From an uncultured Trueperaceae bacterium (GTDB taxonomy: Bacteria; Deinococcota; Deinococci; Deinococcales; Trueperaceae), in NCBI GenBank assembly GCA_913057165.1, contig CAJXNS010000001.1, forward strand, positions 22,303 to 86,302: a stretch of DNA of 64,000 bases, written 5' to 3'. Numbering within the stretch: the first letter of the stretch is position 1; each line of letters opens with the position of its first letter. Positions 17,899 to 28,059 of this stretch are shown here, one piece after another. The notes beneath the pieces are model-generated. The model was not told the DNA's origin, did not search any database, and saw only the letters and a program-made list of their open reading frames with translations. The position numbers and the translations under genes were made by a program.

Positions 17899-18479
17899 TA
17901 CGACTCTTTCGGCGTCAGAACGTGGGCAACGTCCGAGGCGAGGTCGTCACGCAGCGCATCCAAACGCCCGCTGAGCGTGTTTTCGACGTGCGTTTTGCCG
18001 TAGACGAGGCGCACGCCACCAACGATGTCATCGGCGGTCTCCACCGGTGCGTTCACACCGAGAGACGTCAACGACGCTTGGGCAAGATCCGCATCACTCG
18101 GATTCACAACCACACGATCTGGCGCGCTTTCTTGCGCACCCGTGGCTTCCCGTAGCAAAGCGTCAAACACGGAGGGATACCGGTCGGTATCAGAAACCAG
18201 CGAAGCCACTTCCGCCTCGACGGCATCAAATACCTGTTGGATTGCGTTTTGCTGAGCGTTGAGACGCATACTTGAGGCTTCAAGCTGGGCCGCGCTCTGA
18301 GCACGTACCAGTAAGGCCTCGCGTTGCTGTTCGGCCTGCCGTGCGTGTCGAGCTGCGACGGCCTCGGCCTCACGCTTCGCTTCGTCGATAATGGAAGAGG
18401 CGCGCTGACGCGCCTCTTCTACGATGGCCTCAATCTCAGCGCCCGCTTCTTTATCAAGCAGAGCTGCAAGATTCGCCAT
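17898..18479 (-). CDS. atpE: V/A-type ATP synthase subunit E
   Basis: 193 aa. The N-terminal half is a long Ala/Glu/Arg-rich helix and the C-terminus is globular. The operon position supports the call. Confidence 0.85.
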   Translation of the reverse strand: MANLAALLDKEAGAEIEAIVEEARQRASSIIDEAKREAEAVAARHARQAEQQREALLVRAQSAAQLEASSMRLNAQQNAIQQVFDAVEAEVASLVSDTDRYPSVFDALLREATGAQESAPDRVVVNPSDADLAQASLTSLGVNAPVETADDIVGGVRLVYGKTHVENTLSGRLDALRDDLASDVAHVLTPKES

Positions 18480-18484
18480 GAACG

Positions 18485-18793
18485 TCAGCCAATCTGGCCG
18501 TTAAGGAAGAAGGCAATGACGAAGGCGAAAATGATGATCGTTTCCGGGATCACCAGGTAGATCAGGATCTGACCGAACGCCTCAGGACGCTCAGCAAGGG
18601 TGCCTGCACCAGCGGAACCGATGGCGGCTTGCGCCAGACCCACGCCGACGGCGGCGACACCGATGGTCAAAGCAGCGCCGAGGGCCACGAGGCCGTCGCC
18701 GATGGTCCGACCGGCTTCCGCGTCTTGGGCGAAAGCCACCCCGACGATCGATGCGAGAAGAACGAGAACGCTAACGTTGGCAAACTTTTTCAT
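18485..18793 (-). CDS. atpK: V/A-type ATP synthase proteolipid subunit K
   Basis: 102-aa, very hydrophobic, Gly/Ala-rich hairpin protein with the conserved Glu in the motif PETIIIF. Confidence 0.9.
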   Translation of the reverse strand: MKKFANVSVLVLLASIVGVAFAQDAEAGRTIGDGLVALGAALTIGVAAVGVGLAQAAIGSAGAGTLAERPEAFGQILIYLVIPETIIIFAFVIAFFLNGQIG

Positions 18794-20820
18794 GCTTTCC
18801 CTCCATGAAGCCTGAACGGCCGGTAGGTTCGACCACTTTCTTCGTAGAAGCCGAACTTCGTAAAGAATTCCACGTACTGCAAGCGCAACGGCTGCAGGGT
18901 GTGGCCAACAAGGGTGAGGATGACCGCGAACATGTTGATGAGCACGGCCACCAGAACCCCGAGAACTTCCCCAAGTACCGGAAGCGTGACAGCGCCGTTT
19001 AATGCAAAGCCAGCGGCTGTTCCGAGGTTCGCTACCAACGCTGCCGACAGACCGACGGCGAACAAACGCAGGTAGCTCAAGACATTGCCTGAGTTGGAAA
19101 TCAACTCAACGAGCATGAGAGGTACTCGGGAAAGGACCACCCCGAGCAGGAAGATGGCAAGTAGAACGCCGGATACAGCCAAGGATGCCGTACCGAGACT
19201 GTTGGTTAGGTAAGCGGTGGCGAAGATAAACACGGCAACCAGGCCGGCAAACATGCCGATTCCTTCCCACATGTGCTTGCCGTCATGGTGCTTCCAACCG
19301 TAGTAAGCGCGAATACCCCAGCCAAGAAGCACTTGGAACATGCCAAAGCCGATCGTGATGAGCAGAAGCAAATTGAGTTGCTCGGCGTTGTTAACGCCGT
19401 CTCCCCCACGGAATAGTGGGATGTCGATCAGGTGGTGTGGCATGCCGTTCTCAAGCGGCGGTTTCGGCTCAGGGTAAAACAACCGCGTCGTATTGACTGG
19501 CCACTTTTCAAGGAAGTTCCCCCAGAATTCTCCGTAGATCACACCGAAGAAAATGGACCAGGACGCAGCCCAATTGATGACGGTGCCAATGCCTGGGAGG
19601 TTATGGGACGGGATGATAATGCCGAGGGGCCCGAGGTTGAGGTTGCGGCCACCGCGTCCACGACGGATGAGCCACAGCCCGACCGAAAGGAAGATCAGCC
19701 CGTAGGCAATATCGCCCACCACAATGCCGAAGAACAGGGGAAAGAAGATCGCCAACGTCCAAGTAGGGTCAAAGTTGCCGTATTTGGGTGGCGCGAACAA
19801 GGCTAGGAGGCCTTGGAACGGACGCATCCAACGCGGGTTTTGCAGCTGGACGGGGATGTTCTCATCATGATGGGCATCGGCAGGCCGAACGCTGACGATG
19901 ACATCATCGCCGTACTGGGCTTCCAGGGCTTGTAGAACCCGCGTGCTGTCTTCCGACGGGACCCAGCCCTTCATGGCGAAGGCGTACCGACCCGTAGCAA
20001 GGTCATCCAGTCGCTCGAGACGGTTCACCACATTCGTCGCCAGAATATGAAGTGCCAACACCGACGGGGCTTGCTCTTGCGCAAGCGCGTCAAGTTCGGA
20101 TTGAATTTCATCAAGCCGGCCAGGGAGTACTTGAGAGCGTTCCTCCATGGTGTGCACCGCACGGGCGGTATCGCTACTCGCGAACCGGTCCGGCAACTGC
20201 AAGGGGGCAAGACCCGCTCTTGAGAGAGCCGCCCGCGCAGCCTCCTCTTCACGCTTAAGGGCCACCATCACAACGGCTTGCTGCCCTGCAAACGAGCGGC
20301 TGCTCAGTTGCACGCGGTCTTCAAGCGCATCTTCAAGGGTGCTTCGCACCTCATCCAGATCTTCATTCGCCACCAAGAAGGCGAAGCCGGACAACCAACG
20401 GCTTCCCTCAATGGGGGCAAGCATCGGCGCGAGAAGGCGGAACAGCGGAAGGTAATCCTCTATGGTTTCGCGTTCATCTTGGAGTTCGGCGCGCTCAGCC
20501 ACAAGGGCGTCCACCTGTGTGCGTAGTCCCTGAACCACGCGCTCAACTTCGTCGAGCTCTTGCGGTACTTCACTGCGCGCGGCTGCGGCAACGCCTTGGC
20601 GTTCGAGGGTGTCACGCAAAAAGGTCAGATGGGCGAGCTGCTCGGACCAACGTTCAAGGTCAGCGCCCACGTGCTCCGTGGTTGCCTGCAGCTCGCCAAC
20701 ACCTTCTTCGTTGGCAAGCCGATCAACCTGCACCACACCGATTTGCTGCAGCGTTTTGAGCACGTCTCGGGCCATGCTGCGACGGCCAACAAGCGTGATT
20801 TGTTCCATTGGGGCGATCAC
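18790..20820 (-). CDS. atpI: V/A-type ATP synthase subunit I
   Basis: 676 aa with a soluble N-terminal half, a multi-TM C-terminal half and the conserved Arg region (LSYLRLFAVGLS). Confidence 0.9.
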   Translation of the reverse strand: MIAPMEQITLVGRRSMARDVLKTLQQIGVVQVDRLANEEGVGELQATTEHVGADLERWSEQLAHLTFLRDTLERQGVAAAARSEVPQELDEVERVVQGLRTQVDALVAERAELQDERETIEDYLPLFRLLAPMLAPIEGSRWLSGFAFLVANEDLDEVRSTLEDALEDRVQLSSRSFAGQQAVVMVALKREEEAARAALSRAGLAPLQLPDRFASSDTARAVHTMEERSQVLPGRLDEIQSELDALAQEQAPSVLALHILATNVVNRLERLDDLATGRYAFAMKGWVPSEDSTRVLQALEAQYGDDVIVSVRPADAHHDENIPVQLQNPRWMRPFQGLLALFAPPKYGNFDPTWTLAIFFPLFFGIVVGDIAYGLIFLSVGLWLIRRGRGGRNLNLGPLGIIIPSHNLPGIGTVINWAASWSIFFGVIYGEFWGNFLEKWPVNTTRLFYPEPKPPLENGMPHHLIDIPLFRGGDGVNNAEQLNLLLLITIGFGMFQVLLGWGIRAYYGWKHHDGKHMWEGIGMFAGLVAVFIFATAYLTNSLGTASLAVSGVLLAIFLLGVVLSRVPLMLVELISNSGNVLSYLRLFAVGLSAALVANLGTAAGFALNGAVTLPVLGEVLGVLVAVLINMFAVILTLVGHTLQPLRLQYVEFFTKFGFYEESGRTYRPFRLHGGKA

Positions 20821-21137
20821 GGCAGAAGTCGCTCCATGACCGTCGCCACCGCGGCGTTCTTGCGCGCTTCGGTACGGCTTTGAACCGCTTCAGCGTCAGC
20901 TTTCGCTCCGTCTAGGATGCGTTGACGCTCGGTTTCGGCTTCGTCAGCCGCAGCTTTCTGCGCCGCATTTTTTGCTTCAAGGCCGCTCTTTTCGGCCTCG
21001 GCAACGATTTCTTCGGCTTGCACTTCAGCATCTTTGACGATGGTGGCCGCTTCTTGTTGCGCAGCAACAACGCGCTCGGCGAGCACCTTTTCTTTCTCGA
21101 TGAGCTGATTCAGAAGACTATCCTCATGAGCGTCCAA
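20817..21137 (-). CDS. V/A-type ATP synthase subunit G/H-like (peripheral stalk), TTG start
   Basis: 106-aa Ala/Glu/Lys-rich helix that is the first gene of the operon, as in Thermus. AAGGAG lies 6 nt upstream of TTG 21137. The upstream part of the 151-aa ORF has no SD and an implausible sequence. Confidence 0.7.
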   Translation of the reverse strand: MDAHEDSLLNQLIEKEKVLAERVVAAQQEAATIVKDAEVQAEEIVAEAEKSGLEAKNAAQKAAADEAETERQRILDGAKADAEAVQSRTEARKNAAVATVMERLLP

Positions 21138-21258
21138 GGCAAACTCCTTCGTCGTAAATAGGCACGGTGTTGGCCGGTCGGCCCCGTGAAGGTGCGGTCT
21201 TTGGGTCGTCGCAGACCGGTGCATGAAAAACGCCGCAACGGTCATCTGTAGCCTTGGA

Positions 21259-21288
21259 AATGTACCAGCCAAGCGCTGTGCGTGTCAA
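21259..21288 (-). promoter_or_regulatory. Candidate V-ATPase operon promoter (TTGACA-18 nt-TACATT)
   Basis: The minus strand reads AATTGACA-CGCACAGCGCTTGGCTGG-TACATT. It implies a leader of about 115 nt. Confidence 0.5.
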
Positions 21289-21346
21289 TTTGGGGCAATT
21301 GTCCCGTGCGTCCAGTACGGCATTTTTTAGAAATCGGACCGGTTGA

Positions 21347-23200
21347 CTAGTGTTTGCGGCCTCCACCGCGCCTAGACCGTGCCGGCAGACGGCTTCGGCG
21401 TTCAGCGTCGCGGGCCGCAAGCAACGCGTGCACCTCAGCGAGCTCTTCGTAGCACGCCTTTAAGTCCGCTTCTGAAAGCGAGGCATCTTGAATTTGGGCT
21501 TGCAGTTCTTCGAGTCGCCGCGTCAGCCCCTGGCGTGGCTCTTGTGCCTCCCGGTCTAGCACCCTCTCACGCAACCTCGATAATCCGGTCGTCAGGTGGC
21601 GTTCCAATTGACCAGGCGCAAGCCCCTCATCCTCGTCGTGCTCCAGAACCCTCGGAAATAGAACACGCCCCTCAGGGCGCTCGCGGTACCGAGCGAGAAT
21701 CGCGCCGACTTGGAAGCCCTCTTCGCGTGCAATCGCAGCGAAGGTCCGCAACGCTGAGTCTTCAAGTTCAGGGGGGATCTCCGGCTCAACCCGTGCGACG
21801 AGTCCCTCTAAACGGTCTGCTTGACTTAACAGGAGCGCCATAAGCTCAGCCTCAACCTGCAGCACGTCATCATCAAATCGTGCACCCCGCTCCATCCCTT
21901 TAAGTTGGACGTCGGTCAGCGAGGTCCGCTTCCTTGACCGTAACCAGGCCGCGAGTTGCTGCTCGTCGAGCTGCAGCGCCGAAATCACCAGGCGTCGCAT
22001 CTCAGCGGCAACGTCGTCGTGCGGACCGTGCATCTCCATGCTTGGCCCCAGCTCATCCAAAATCGCGCGTCGGCCTGCTGTGGTCGTGGCGTCGTGCTTC
22101 GCAAGTGCCGTCTCGAGGCGGAAGGCGACCGCAGACTGGCCCTCTTCAAGGGCTTGTGTGAACCGGTCAATGGCGCCTCCTAACACCGTGTCGGCAGGAT
22201 CTTTGCCATCGGGAATGGTGATGGCCTCCACACGAAAGCTACGTCCAATCGATTGATCGAGGCCTGACAGCACCGCGCGTTGGCCCGCATCGTCGGCGTC
22301 AAAAGCCAGCAATACCCGATCAACCCCAAGACGTTGCAGTTCTTGGGCTTGCGCTTCGGTCAGCGTGGCACCAAGCGCTGCGACCGCATGTGGGAACCCC
22401 GTCTGGTGGAGCGCAATGACGTCCATGTAGCCTTCAACCACCAAGGCCGTCGCACGGTCGCGTATCGCCGACCGGGCTTGGTCGAGACCGTACAGCACCG
22501 ACCCTTTGTCGAACACGTCGGTCTCAGGTGTGTTGACGTACTTGGGAACCTCGTCGCCGAGCACACGTCCTGAGAACCCGACCGTACGCCCCAGTCGGTC
22601 GCGAATCGGGAACATGATGCGACCACGAAAACGGTCGTAACGCCGGCCGCGCTCGTTCTCGCTGAGGAGTCCAGCCGCAAGGAGGTCATCTTCTGACACG
22701 TTCTGCTGTAAGGCGGCCTTGAGGAGGTCGTCCCACGCATCGACCGACCAGCCCAGGCCCCAGCGATCGATGCTTTCCTTGGTCAGGCCGCGATTCAGCA
22801 AATAGCCGTACGCTTCGTCCGTCATCCGTCCCACAAAATGCTGCAGGGCAAATTCGTTCACCGCAAAGAGGTCTTTTCGCCGTTGACCGGCAGCTGCGGA
22901 TGCAGGGTTTGGGGTGACGTCAATGCCGGCACGGCGCCCAAGCAGCTGCAGGGCATCAGCAAAATCCACGCCTTGGGACTGCATAACGAAATCAAAGATG
23001 TCGCCTTTGGCACCGCAACCAAAACAGTAGAAAAAGCCCCGGCCTGCATGCACGTGAAACGAGGGGGTTTTTTCTTGATGGAAGGGGCACAGCCCTTTGA
23101 GGCGTTCTTTACCTGCAGGCTTAAGCGCCACGGTATCGCCGACCACGTCGGCAATATCAAGTGCAGTCCTGATGCGCTCCTTGGCGTCGGAGGTCGCCAT
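21347..23200 (-). CDS. dnaG: DNA primase
   Basis: The zinc finger reads CPFHQEKTPSFHV...YCFGCGAKGD and the TOPRIM region reads VVEGYMDVIAL...LAFDADDAG. 617 aa. Confidence 0.95.
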   Translation of the reverse strand: MATSDAKERIRTALDIADVVGDTVALKPAGKERLKGLCPFHQEKTPSFHVHAGRGFFYCFGCGAKGDIFDFVMQSQGVDFADALQLLGRRAGIDVTPNPASAAAGQRRKDLFAVNEFALQHFVGRMTDEAYGYLLNRGLTKESIDRWGLGWSVDAWDDLLKAALQQNVSEDDLLAAGLLSENERGRRYDRFRGRIMFPIRDRLGRTVGFSGRVLGDEVPKYVNTPETDVFDKGSVLYGLDQARSAIRDRATALVVEGYMDVIALHQTGFPHAVAALGATLTEAQAQELQRLGVDRVLLAFDADDAGQRAVLSGLDQSIGRSFRVEAITIPDGKDPADTVLGGAIDRFTQALEEGQSAVAFRLETALAKHDATTTAGRRAILDELGPSMEMHGPHDDVAAEMRRLVISALQLDEQQLAAWLRSRKRTSLTDVQLKGMERGARFDDDVLQVEAELMALLLSQADRLEGLVARVEPEIPPELEDSALRTFAAIAREEGFQVGAILARYRERPEGRVLFPRVLEHDEDEGLAPGQLERHLTTGLSRLRERVLDREAQEPRQGLTRRLEELQAQIQDASLSEADLKACYEELAEVHALLAARDAERRSRLPARSRRGGGRKH

Positions 23201-23202
23201 GA

Positions 23203-25551
23203 CTACAATCCTGCCTCAAAAATGATCGCTTCACCATCAGGCAGAACCGCCAACCCGCGCTCGGCGTCCCAGTGGGCGCCGTGGCTCGACCAAGCGACTT
23301 GCCACGCGGCGTCCGAGAGGACGTGCGCGACGTCCGCCTCAACGGTCTCCCCTTCTAGGTTTGCAAGCGCAGCCACACGTTCGGCGCCATCGGGTGACAT
23401 CCGCTCCACCACCAGCCACACACCAAGCGGTGCGTGATGGACATCGAAACGATCGCTGGTCCTCAACGAGGTTCGCAGCCACGGCCGGCGCACGCGGAAC
23501 TGTTTTAGAGCGGAAAAAGACGCCGCCTCATGCTCCTCAGTGGACGCTGCGGGACCCTCAATGTTGCAGTAATCGGCCATGTCACGGAACCAGTCGCGAA
23601 GCACCGCTTCGAGCTCTTCGGTCGGCAATGCCAACGCCGCATCACGGCGCCTGTACTGCAACCAGTCACTCGCCCATTGGGTACTGCGGTTTGACCGGCC
23701 GACGGCTTGCACGACGGCGTCAAGAGCGTCGCTTAACTGGCGGTGACTGAGGAACCCGCGGGCTTTCATTCGAGGGAACGCCGACGGGTTTTCGTACGCT
23801 TCGGGCCGGACGCGCCACGTTAGAAATGGGCGTTCTTCGGTGGCGACCTTCGCGGCCCATTCGTCGTCGCTATCGCGAAAGAAACCCCATGGTGCCTTAA
23901 AGCGCGATTGTAGGAGCGTGAGCGGTACGCCTGGCAGGACCCCGTAAAACAACGCATCGGCGGCAGGAAGTCGGTAGCTGCGCTCCAGGATGCTGGGCAG
24001 GTCGTCACCCAGCCGCCGGTTTAGCGCGGAGTCCACCTCAAGTTGGTAACCACGCCTGAGCGTGTCATGGTTGGCAGTCCCGGTAATCCAGTTGGCGCCC
24101 TCCCATGCGATGCGCTGCAACTTGGATTCCACCGAAGCCCAGTACCCTTCAAGGCTTGGTGTGTTGTGAGCAAACGTGAGGGGTCCCCATTGAAAGGCAT
24201 GGGGCTGGCGTTCGATGACGTCCAGGTACGTTGAGGCTGTGGGCCAATCCGGTCGGGGCCACGGACGGCCGTCCTCGAATACCATGAACGGCCTGAATGT
24301 TGCGTCCCCAACTTGGTTTGTCACGTCTGACATGGCCTCAAGAAAATCGTCATCGTGGACCATTTCAAGCGTTTCTTTGTCCCACACTTTGTGGTCTTGC
24401 GCCGCGTCAACCCTGAGGCCGTCGGCGCCGTAATTGACTTTCCGGCGTTGCATCTCAAGCACCATGGCGCGAAGCTGTGGGTTGGTGTAGTCAAGGTCAA
24501 CGCCGTACATGTTGCGCCCCAGAAACGCGGGGGGAGGAAGAAGATTCAACGCTTCAGCGTCCGCGTGTCCGTACACCACATCCAGCATGAGTCGGAGCGG
24601 TTTACCTGGCATGGTGTGCAGGACCGACGCCAAGTCGACCAGTTCATCCGGCCTACCGGTTCTCAGCAGGGACGGCGCGACGGCTGCTGCCCCGAAAAGG
24701 CCGGTGTCGTAGCCCCAGTTCACGGTTCGCACAGGCCGCACTTGCGCCTTAGAAGCGCCGTTCAGGGCGAAGGCGGGCCCATCTGTACGCGGCTCAATCG
24801 GTGGTTCAATCGGCAGCAACTCAATCGCTTCAAAACCTAAAAACTCTTGGTCTGCAGGCGTGAGCGTTTCGCCTTGATTCAGCTTGTCGGCCAGAGCGCG
24901 GTAGCGATCGGTGAGGTCGGCCAACGTCCCGCCACGCGTGGCGGTGCCGACATGCACCTGCAAGATGTGCGCGGGCGGACCAAAACGCGTCGGTTCACCC
25001 TCACCGTCACCGGCGATGGCTTGCCGGCGAAAGTACTCCAGGTCATCGCGTCCGTCATGCATGCTCGCGGTGTCGTACACCTCAGCGGGTCCGTGCAAAC
25101 CAAACGGAAGCGATGCAGCAAGCGGGTCGCCCCAGTAACGCTCTTGCTCGGCACGGGTCACAACAAACCGGTACAGCGCCCCAAGTCGCTCACGATGGCC
25201 AACAACGCAGCCTTGGAGGGCAAGCCAAACGTACTCGCCAAGACGCTGCATCGGGTGACGGAAGACGGCCACATCGAGGTCCGTTTCAGCGCCCCATTCG
25301 TAAGGACTGAGGACATGAATCACTTCAAGCTCAACCTCAGCGCCAATCGTCTCCGAGATCGGCATCCACGCACCGAACGTGACGTGATCCTCACCCGCGT
25401 GGGCGCCGAGGCGCTCGGTGAGTTTCTGATGGTAACGATCGCTTCCGTGGGTGTTCTTGAGGGCTTCAACCTGCGCAAGCAAACGCTCCGTCGCAGCGTC
25501 TGCCACGCGGACGTTCGGTGCTTGCGGCAGGCCTGGAAATGCCATGGTCAA
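23203..25551 (-). CDS. GH13 (alpha-amylase superfamily) enzyme with N-terminal E-set/CBM48-like domain
   Basis: The four GH13 regions are recognisable: [27 protein letters not shown] and GTANHDT. 782 aa. The N-terminus (HVTFGAWMP...VELEV) resembles TreZ or debranching enzymes. Confidence 0.75.
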   Translation of the reverse strand: MTMAFPGLPQAPNVRVADAATERLLAQVEALKNTHGSDRYHQKLTERLGAHAGEDHVTFGAWMPISETIGAEVELEVIHVLSPYEWGAETDLDVAVFRHPMQRLGEYVWLALQGCVVGHRERLGALYRFVVTRAEQERYWGDPLAASLPFGLHGPAEVYDTASMHDGRDDLEYFRRQAIAGDGEGEPTRFGPPAHILQVHVGTATRGGTLADLTDRYRALADKLNQGETLTPADQEFLGFEAIELLPIEPPIEPRTDGPAFALNGASKAQVRPVRTVNWGYDTGLFGAAAVAPSLLRTGRPDELVDLASVLHTMPGKPLRLMLDVVYGHADAEALNLLPPPAFLGRNMYGVDLDYTNPQLRAMVLEMQRRKVNYGADGLRVDAAQDHKVWDKETLEMVHDDDFLEAMSDVTNQVGDATFRPFMVFEDGRPWPRPDWPTASTYLDVIERQPHAFQWGPLTFAHNTPSLEGYWASVESKLQRIAWEGANWITGTANHDTLRRGYQLEVDSALNRRLGDDLPSILERSYRLPAADALFYGVLPGVPLTLLQSRFKAPWGFFRDSDDEWAAKVATEERPFLTWRVRPEAYENPSAFPRMKARGFLSHRQLSDALDAVVQAVGRSNRSTQWASDWLQYRRRDAALALPTEELEAVLRDWFRDMADYCNIEGPAASTEEHEAASFSALKQFRVRRPWLRTSLRTSDRFDVHHAPLGVWLVVERMSPDGAERVAALANLEGETVEADVAHVLSDAAWQVAWSSHGAHWDAERGLAVLPDGEAIIFEAGL

Positions 25552-26081
25552 GCGCCGGGGTTGAGGGGCAGATGGCCAAGGGATACGACGTCATCCCGTG
25601 GCTCGCCTTCCGTGAACACAACCATCGTGGCAGCCACCTTGGCGCCAACATCCTCGAGCAGGTCGATCAGCCCATGCAGGGTGCCGCCGGTGGAGACCAC
25701 GTCATCGATGATCACCACAGACCGGTCACGCAAGCGCGGAATGTCACCGCCGTCGAGCACAAGATCTTGCGGTTTACCGGTGGTGATTGAGATGACTGTG
25801 CGTGAGCGTGCATCCAGCATGTAAGGCTTTTCGGTTTTACGGACCACGACGTATGGCAGTCCCGTGAGACGCGAGAGGGCATGCGCGAGCGGCACGGCCT
25901 TCACCTCCGGCGTGACGAGGGTCTCCACACCGGGTGGCATGCGTTCCGCCAAACGTTCGGCGGCCGCCTCCACCAACTCGGTATCACCCAGCAGGTTGAG
26001 TAGCGCGATGGAGACACCACCGACGTCCACAATGGGCAGTTCGCGTACGACGTGTCCGACTTCAATACGGTGTGTCTTCAT
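25548..26081 (-). CDS. Purine/adenine-type phosphoribosyltransferase family protein
   Basis: 177 aa from ATG 26081, which follows GGGAGG. The PRPP-binding motif is [14 protein letters not shown]. The stop overlaps the GH13 start (ATGA). Confidence 0.8.
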   Translation of the reverse strand: MKTHRIEVGHVVRELPIVDVGGVSIALLNLLGDTELVEAAAERLAERMPPGVETLVTPEVKAVPLAHALSRLTGLPYVVVRKTEKPYMLDARSRTVISITTGKPQDLVLDGGDIPRLRDRSVVIIDDVVSTGGTLHGLIDLLEDVGAKVAATMVVFTEGEPRDDVVSLGHLPLNPGA

Positions 26082-26105
26082 GGGTTTGCCTCCCGTGCAT
26101 GGTGC

Positions 26106-26111
26106 AGCGTA
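26106..26111 (-). promoter_or_regulatory. -10 box TACGCT (GGTACGCT) upstream of the PRTase-GH13-dnaG unit, leader of about 20 nt
   Basis: The minus strand reads GGCGGTACGCT-GCACCATGCACGGGAGGCAAACCC-ATG. The -35 element is unclear. Confidence 0.4.
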
Positions 26112-26133
26112 CCGCCTTGACGGTGTTGCCAAG

Positions 26134-27006
26134 TCAACGGTCAAACACGACCGTTCGATTCTCGTGAACCATGACCGCGTCATCAAGGACGGCCTCCACC
26201 GCACGCGCGAGCACGCTTCGCTCCAACTCACGCCCGAGCCGCTTGAGGGCGGGAACGCCTTCACGGTGACTGACCGGCCGGACGTCCTGCGCAATGATGG
26301 GTCCAGCATCAAGCTCGTCGGTGACGAAGTGGGCGGTGGCGCCGATCAGTTTGACGCCGCGTTCGTACGCTTGACGGTACGGATCGGCTCCCACGAAGGC
26401 CGGTAAGAACGAGTGGTGAATGTTGACCACGCGTCCGTGCCAGCGCTGCACAAAGGCGGGGGACAACACTTGCATGTAGCGCGCGAGGATCAGCAGGTCC
26501 ACCTCAGCCGACGCGAGAAGGTGACTGAGCTCCGTTTCCTGTTCGGTCTTCGTGTCGGGTGTCACCGGGAGGCAGTGAAAAGGCACGCCAAACGACTGGG
26601 TGACGTCTCTAGCCTTCTCGTGGTTCGAAACGACCAGCTCCACCGACCCGAGTAACTCGCCGTTGCGCCAACGCCAGAGCAACTCCAACAGGGCGTGGTC
26701 AGCCTTTGAGACCATGATGGCCATGCGTGGCCCCGGGCCAGGCCACTTGATGCTGTAATCCATCGCAAACGGTGTTGCCACCTCACGTGCGAACGCCGCC
26801 TCAAACCGCTGCCGGTCCGCCTCTTCAATGGCGCCGGCGTCGAACACCATGCGCATAAAAAAGTAGCCACCCTCCGGGTCGGTGGAGTGCTGCTGCGACG
26901 TCAGGATGTTGGCCTGCCAGTGGGCGAGAAAACCGGATACGGCCGCGACGATGCCAGGCTGGTCTGGACAACGAATCAAAATGCGGGCGTTGGGCCGTAA
27001 GCGCAT
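26134..27006 (-). CDS. purU: Formyltetrahydrofolate deformylase
   Basis: N-terminal ACT domain ([20 protein letters not shown]) plus a formyltransferase core ([16 protein letters not shown]). 290 aa. Confidence 0.9.
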   Translation of the reverse strand: MRLRPNARILIRCPDQPGIVAAVSGFLAHWQANILTSQQHSTDPEGGYFFMRMVFDAGAIEEADRQRFEAAFAREVATPFAMDYSIKWPGPGPRMAIMVSKADHALLELLWRWRNGELLGSVELVVSNHEKARDVTQSFGVPFHCLPVTPDTKTEQETELSHLLASAEVDLLILARYMQVLSPAFVQRWHGRVVNIHHSFLPAFVGADPYRQAYERGVKLIGATAHFVTDELDAGPIIAQDVRPVSHREGVPALKRLGRELERSVLARAVEAVLDDAVMVHENRTVVFDR

Positions 27007-27015
27007 CAGGCGGTC

Positions 27016-27021
27016 AGCCTA
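27016..27021 (-). promoter_or_regulatory. -10 box TAGGCT, 9 nt upstream of purU ATG 27006
   Basis: The minus strand reads GGGTAGGCT-GACCGCCTG-ATG. No SD is present, so the leader would be only 1-3 nt. Confidence 0.4.
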
Positions 27022-27050
27022 CCCGACGGCGCTGGGAAACGACCCACGGG

Positions 27051-27059
27051 TGGTAGCCT
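27051..27059 (+). promoter_or_regulatory. Extended -10 box TGGTAGCCT, 7 nt upstream of ruvB GTG 27067
   Basis: GTGGTAGCCT at 27050-27059 differs by one base from the 10-mer at gatC and at 5511. No SD is present. Confidence 0.5.
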
Positions 27060-27066
27060 AAACGTC

Positions 27067-28059
27067 GTGGAGGACGTCACCCTCAGGCCAAAAACCCTTC
27101 AGGATTACGTTGGGCAGCGTGCCCTCAAGGCGAAGCTTGAGGTGTACCTGGCGGCAGCCAAGGGTCGTAGCGACCCACTGGATCACGTGCTGTTGTACGG
27201 CCCTCCCGGCTTAGGCAAAACCACCCTCGCGCATGTCATCGCCAACGAGTTAGGGGTTGGTATTCGCATCACGAGCGGCCCAGCGATTGAAAAACCGGGC
27301 GATTTGGCGGCCATGCTGACGCACTCGATTCAAGAGGGTGATGTCGTGTTCATTGACGAAATCCACCGACTGGGACGTGCCGCTGAAGAGCACTTGTACC
27401 CAGCCATGGAGGATTTTGCGATCGATCTAATCGTAGGCCAGGGCCCCGCCGCGCGAAGTTTACGTTTGGACCTCCCTAAATTCACGTTGGTTGGCGCGAC
27501 GACACGACCCGGGTTGATTTCGAGCCCCCTGAGGTCGCGCTTCGGCATCATTGAGCACCTTGAGTTTTACGACCCAGACGAGCTGGCCGACGGCATTCAG
27601 CGTGATGCACGTTTGCTTGGCATGGAACTCAACCGGGACGCAGCCCTTGAAATCGGCAGGCGCTCGCGCGGCACCATGCGTATCGCCAAGCGTTTACTTC
27701 GGCGCGTGCGCGACTACGCCGACGTGGCGGGGGACGCCCAGGTTGCGCTTGGTCGTACCCGCGAAGCCTTGGCGTCGCTAGGGGTTGACGGCCGTGGGCT
27801 GGACCGCCGTGATCTTGGTCTCCTTGAGGCGTTGATTGACCGGTTCGGTGGGGGTCCTGTCGGCGTGGCCAGCTTGGCCACCAGCGTAGGAGAAGACGCC
27901 GCCACGCTTGAAGAGGTGTACGAACCTTTTCTGATTCAGCTCGGCTTGGTGCAACGCACGCCACGAGGCCGCATCGCAACCGACCGGGCGTATGAGCACC
28001 TGGGTCGCCCCGTACCGGTCCGAAGCAGCGAAACCACCTTATTTGAAGAACCTCAATAG
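27067..28059 (+). CDS. ruvB: Holliday junction branch migration helicase RuvB
   Basis: LRPKTLQDYVGQ..., Walker A GPPGLGKTT and Walker B VVFIDEIHRL. 330 aa. Confidence 0.95.
   Translation: MEDVTLRPKTLQDYVGQRALKAKLEVYLAAAKGRSDPLDHVLLYGPPGLGKTTLAHVIANELGVGIRITSGPAIEKPGDLAAMLTHSIQEGDVVFIDEIHRLGRAAEEHLYPAMEDFAIDLIVGQGPAARSLRLDLPKFTLVGATTRPGLISSPLRSRFGIIEHLEFYDPDELADGIQRDARLLGMELNRDAALEIGRRSRGTMRIAKRLLRRVRDYADVAGDAQVALGRTREALASLGVDGRGLDRRDLGLLEALIDRFGGGPVGVASLATSVGEDAATLEEVYEPFLIQLGLVQRTPRGRIATDRAYEHLGRPVPVRSSETTLFEEPQ

Noticed and set aside
25548-26312. Two long N-terminal extensions were considered: the PRTase ORF (254 aa) and, similarly, the thrC ORF (483 aa, to 38322).
   Set aside because: Both extensions overlap the upstream gene (purU and hom respectively). 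Both lack homology-like sequence and are made unnecessary by good internal starts: GGGAGG-ATG at 26081, and GTG 38211 one nt after the hom stop.
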